64,000 nt of DNA from an uncultured Anaeromyxobacteraceae bacterium. GTDB taxonomy: Bacteria; Myxococcota_A; UBA9042; DTJE01. The stretch covers positions 571 to 64,570 of the forward strand of contig CAZNJW010000003.1 of assembly GCA_964573455.1 (NCBI GenBank), read 5' to 3'. Positions 63,811 through 64,000 of the stretch are shown piece after piece. The notes beneath the pieces were generated by a model. That model made no database searches. It worked only from the letters and a program-made list of their open reading frames with translations, and was not told the origin of the DNA. Positions within the stretch are counted from its first letter, which is position 1; every line of letters begins with the position of its first letter. The position numbers were made by a program, and so were the translations under genes.

Positions 63811-63840
63811 ATTATAAGGGATCGGAATGGAATAGTTCAA
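63811..63840 (-). promoter_or_regulatory. Strong candidate sigma70 promoter TTGAAC-18 nt-TATAAT for the Cys-rich lipoprotein/lgt operon
   Basis: The reverse complement of 63835..63840 is TTGAAC and of 63811..63816 is TATAAT, about 50 nt upstream of the ATG. Confidence 0.5.
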
Positions 63841-64000
63841 GCGTCGCGTGCTTGTATGTGAAGAAATCGTAAACAGCTTGTAATCCTTGCTTTTTTGGTC
63901 ATCCGTCATCACCGGCAAGCGACTCGGACAAGAAATCCTCACCCGATGACCGCCCTTGAAACAGGCGTCTAATCGGGACTTTACAAATCCGTTTGAACAG

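Overview
GC-rich chromosomal segment from a diderm (Gram-negative) bacterium. The gene content looks Myxococcota- or 'deltaproteobacteria'-like, but the taxon cannot be fixed from sequence alone. I support about 45 protein genes, one tRNA-Cys and one cobalamin riboswitch. I found no transposase, integrase, CRISPR array, rRNA or obvious pseudogene.

Left to right:
- glnA (truncated at the left edge), divergent from an NSS-family Na+ symporter.
- A small Cys-cluster/acidic protein and tRNA-Cys, each with a near-consensus sigma70 promoter.
- A 2,848-aa cysteine-dense mosaic lipoprotein (LTD, MAM-like, three P-domains, PPC-like, repeated Cys knots).
- A B12-riboswitch-controlled uptake operon: btuB-like TonB-dependent receptor, beta-propeller lipoprotein, btuF, btuC, btuD.
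- A Kazal-repeat lipoprotein plus an outer-membrane beta-barrel gene.
- Polyprenol-P-sugar synthase (GT2), M24 peptidase, a membrane protein, NfnAB-type oxidoreductase, PpiD and RibBA.
- tolQ-tolR-tolA-tolB with no pal, followed directly by a coupled class-III aminotransferase, LuxE-like and LuxC-like cassette.
- A convergent ArnT/PMT-type GT-C glycosyltransferase, then a DUF2752 and GYF/TM2 pair.
- A MoxR-DUF58-VWA 'Bat-like' cluster containing an unusual BatB-TPR-2xPPC fusion, followed by a 1,452-aa TPR protein.
- A minus-strand run of a second Cys-rich lipoprotein, Lgt (with a Cys-rich insertion), an RNase II-family enzyme, a fused radical-SAM/DUF2344-type protein and an Slt-type lytic transglycosylase.

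The most unusual content:
- The concentration of exported disulfide-rich proteins, above all the giant mosaic lipoprotein.
- The aminotransferase-LuxE-LuxC cassette appended to the tol operon (predicted fatty acid to aldehyde to amine chemistry).
- The propeller lipoprotein inside the B12 operon.
- The Bat-cluster fusion.

Many long ORFs in the track are antisense or alternate-frame shadows typical of high-GC DNA, and I rejected them. All functional calls rest on motifs I could read in the translations. No database search was run.
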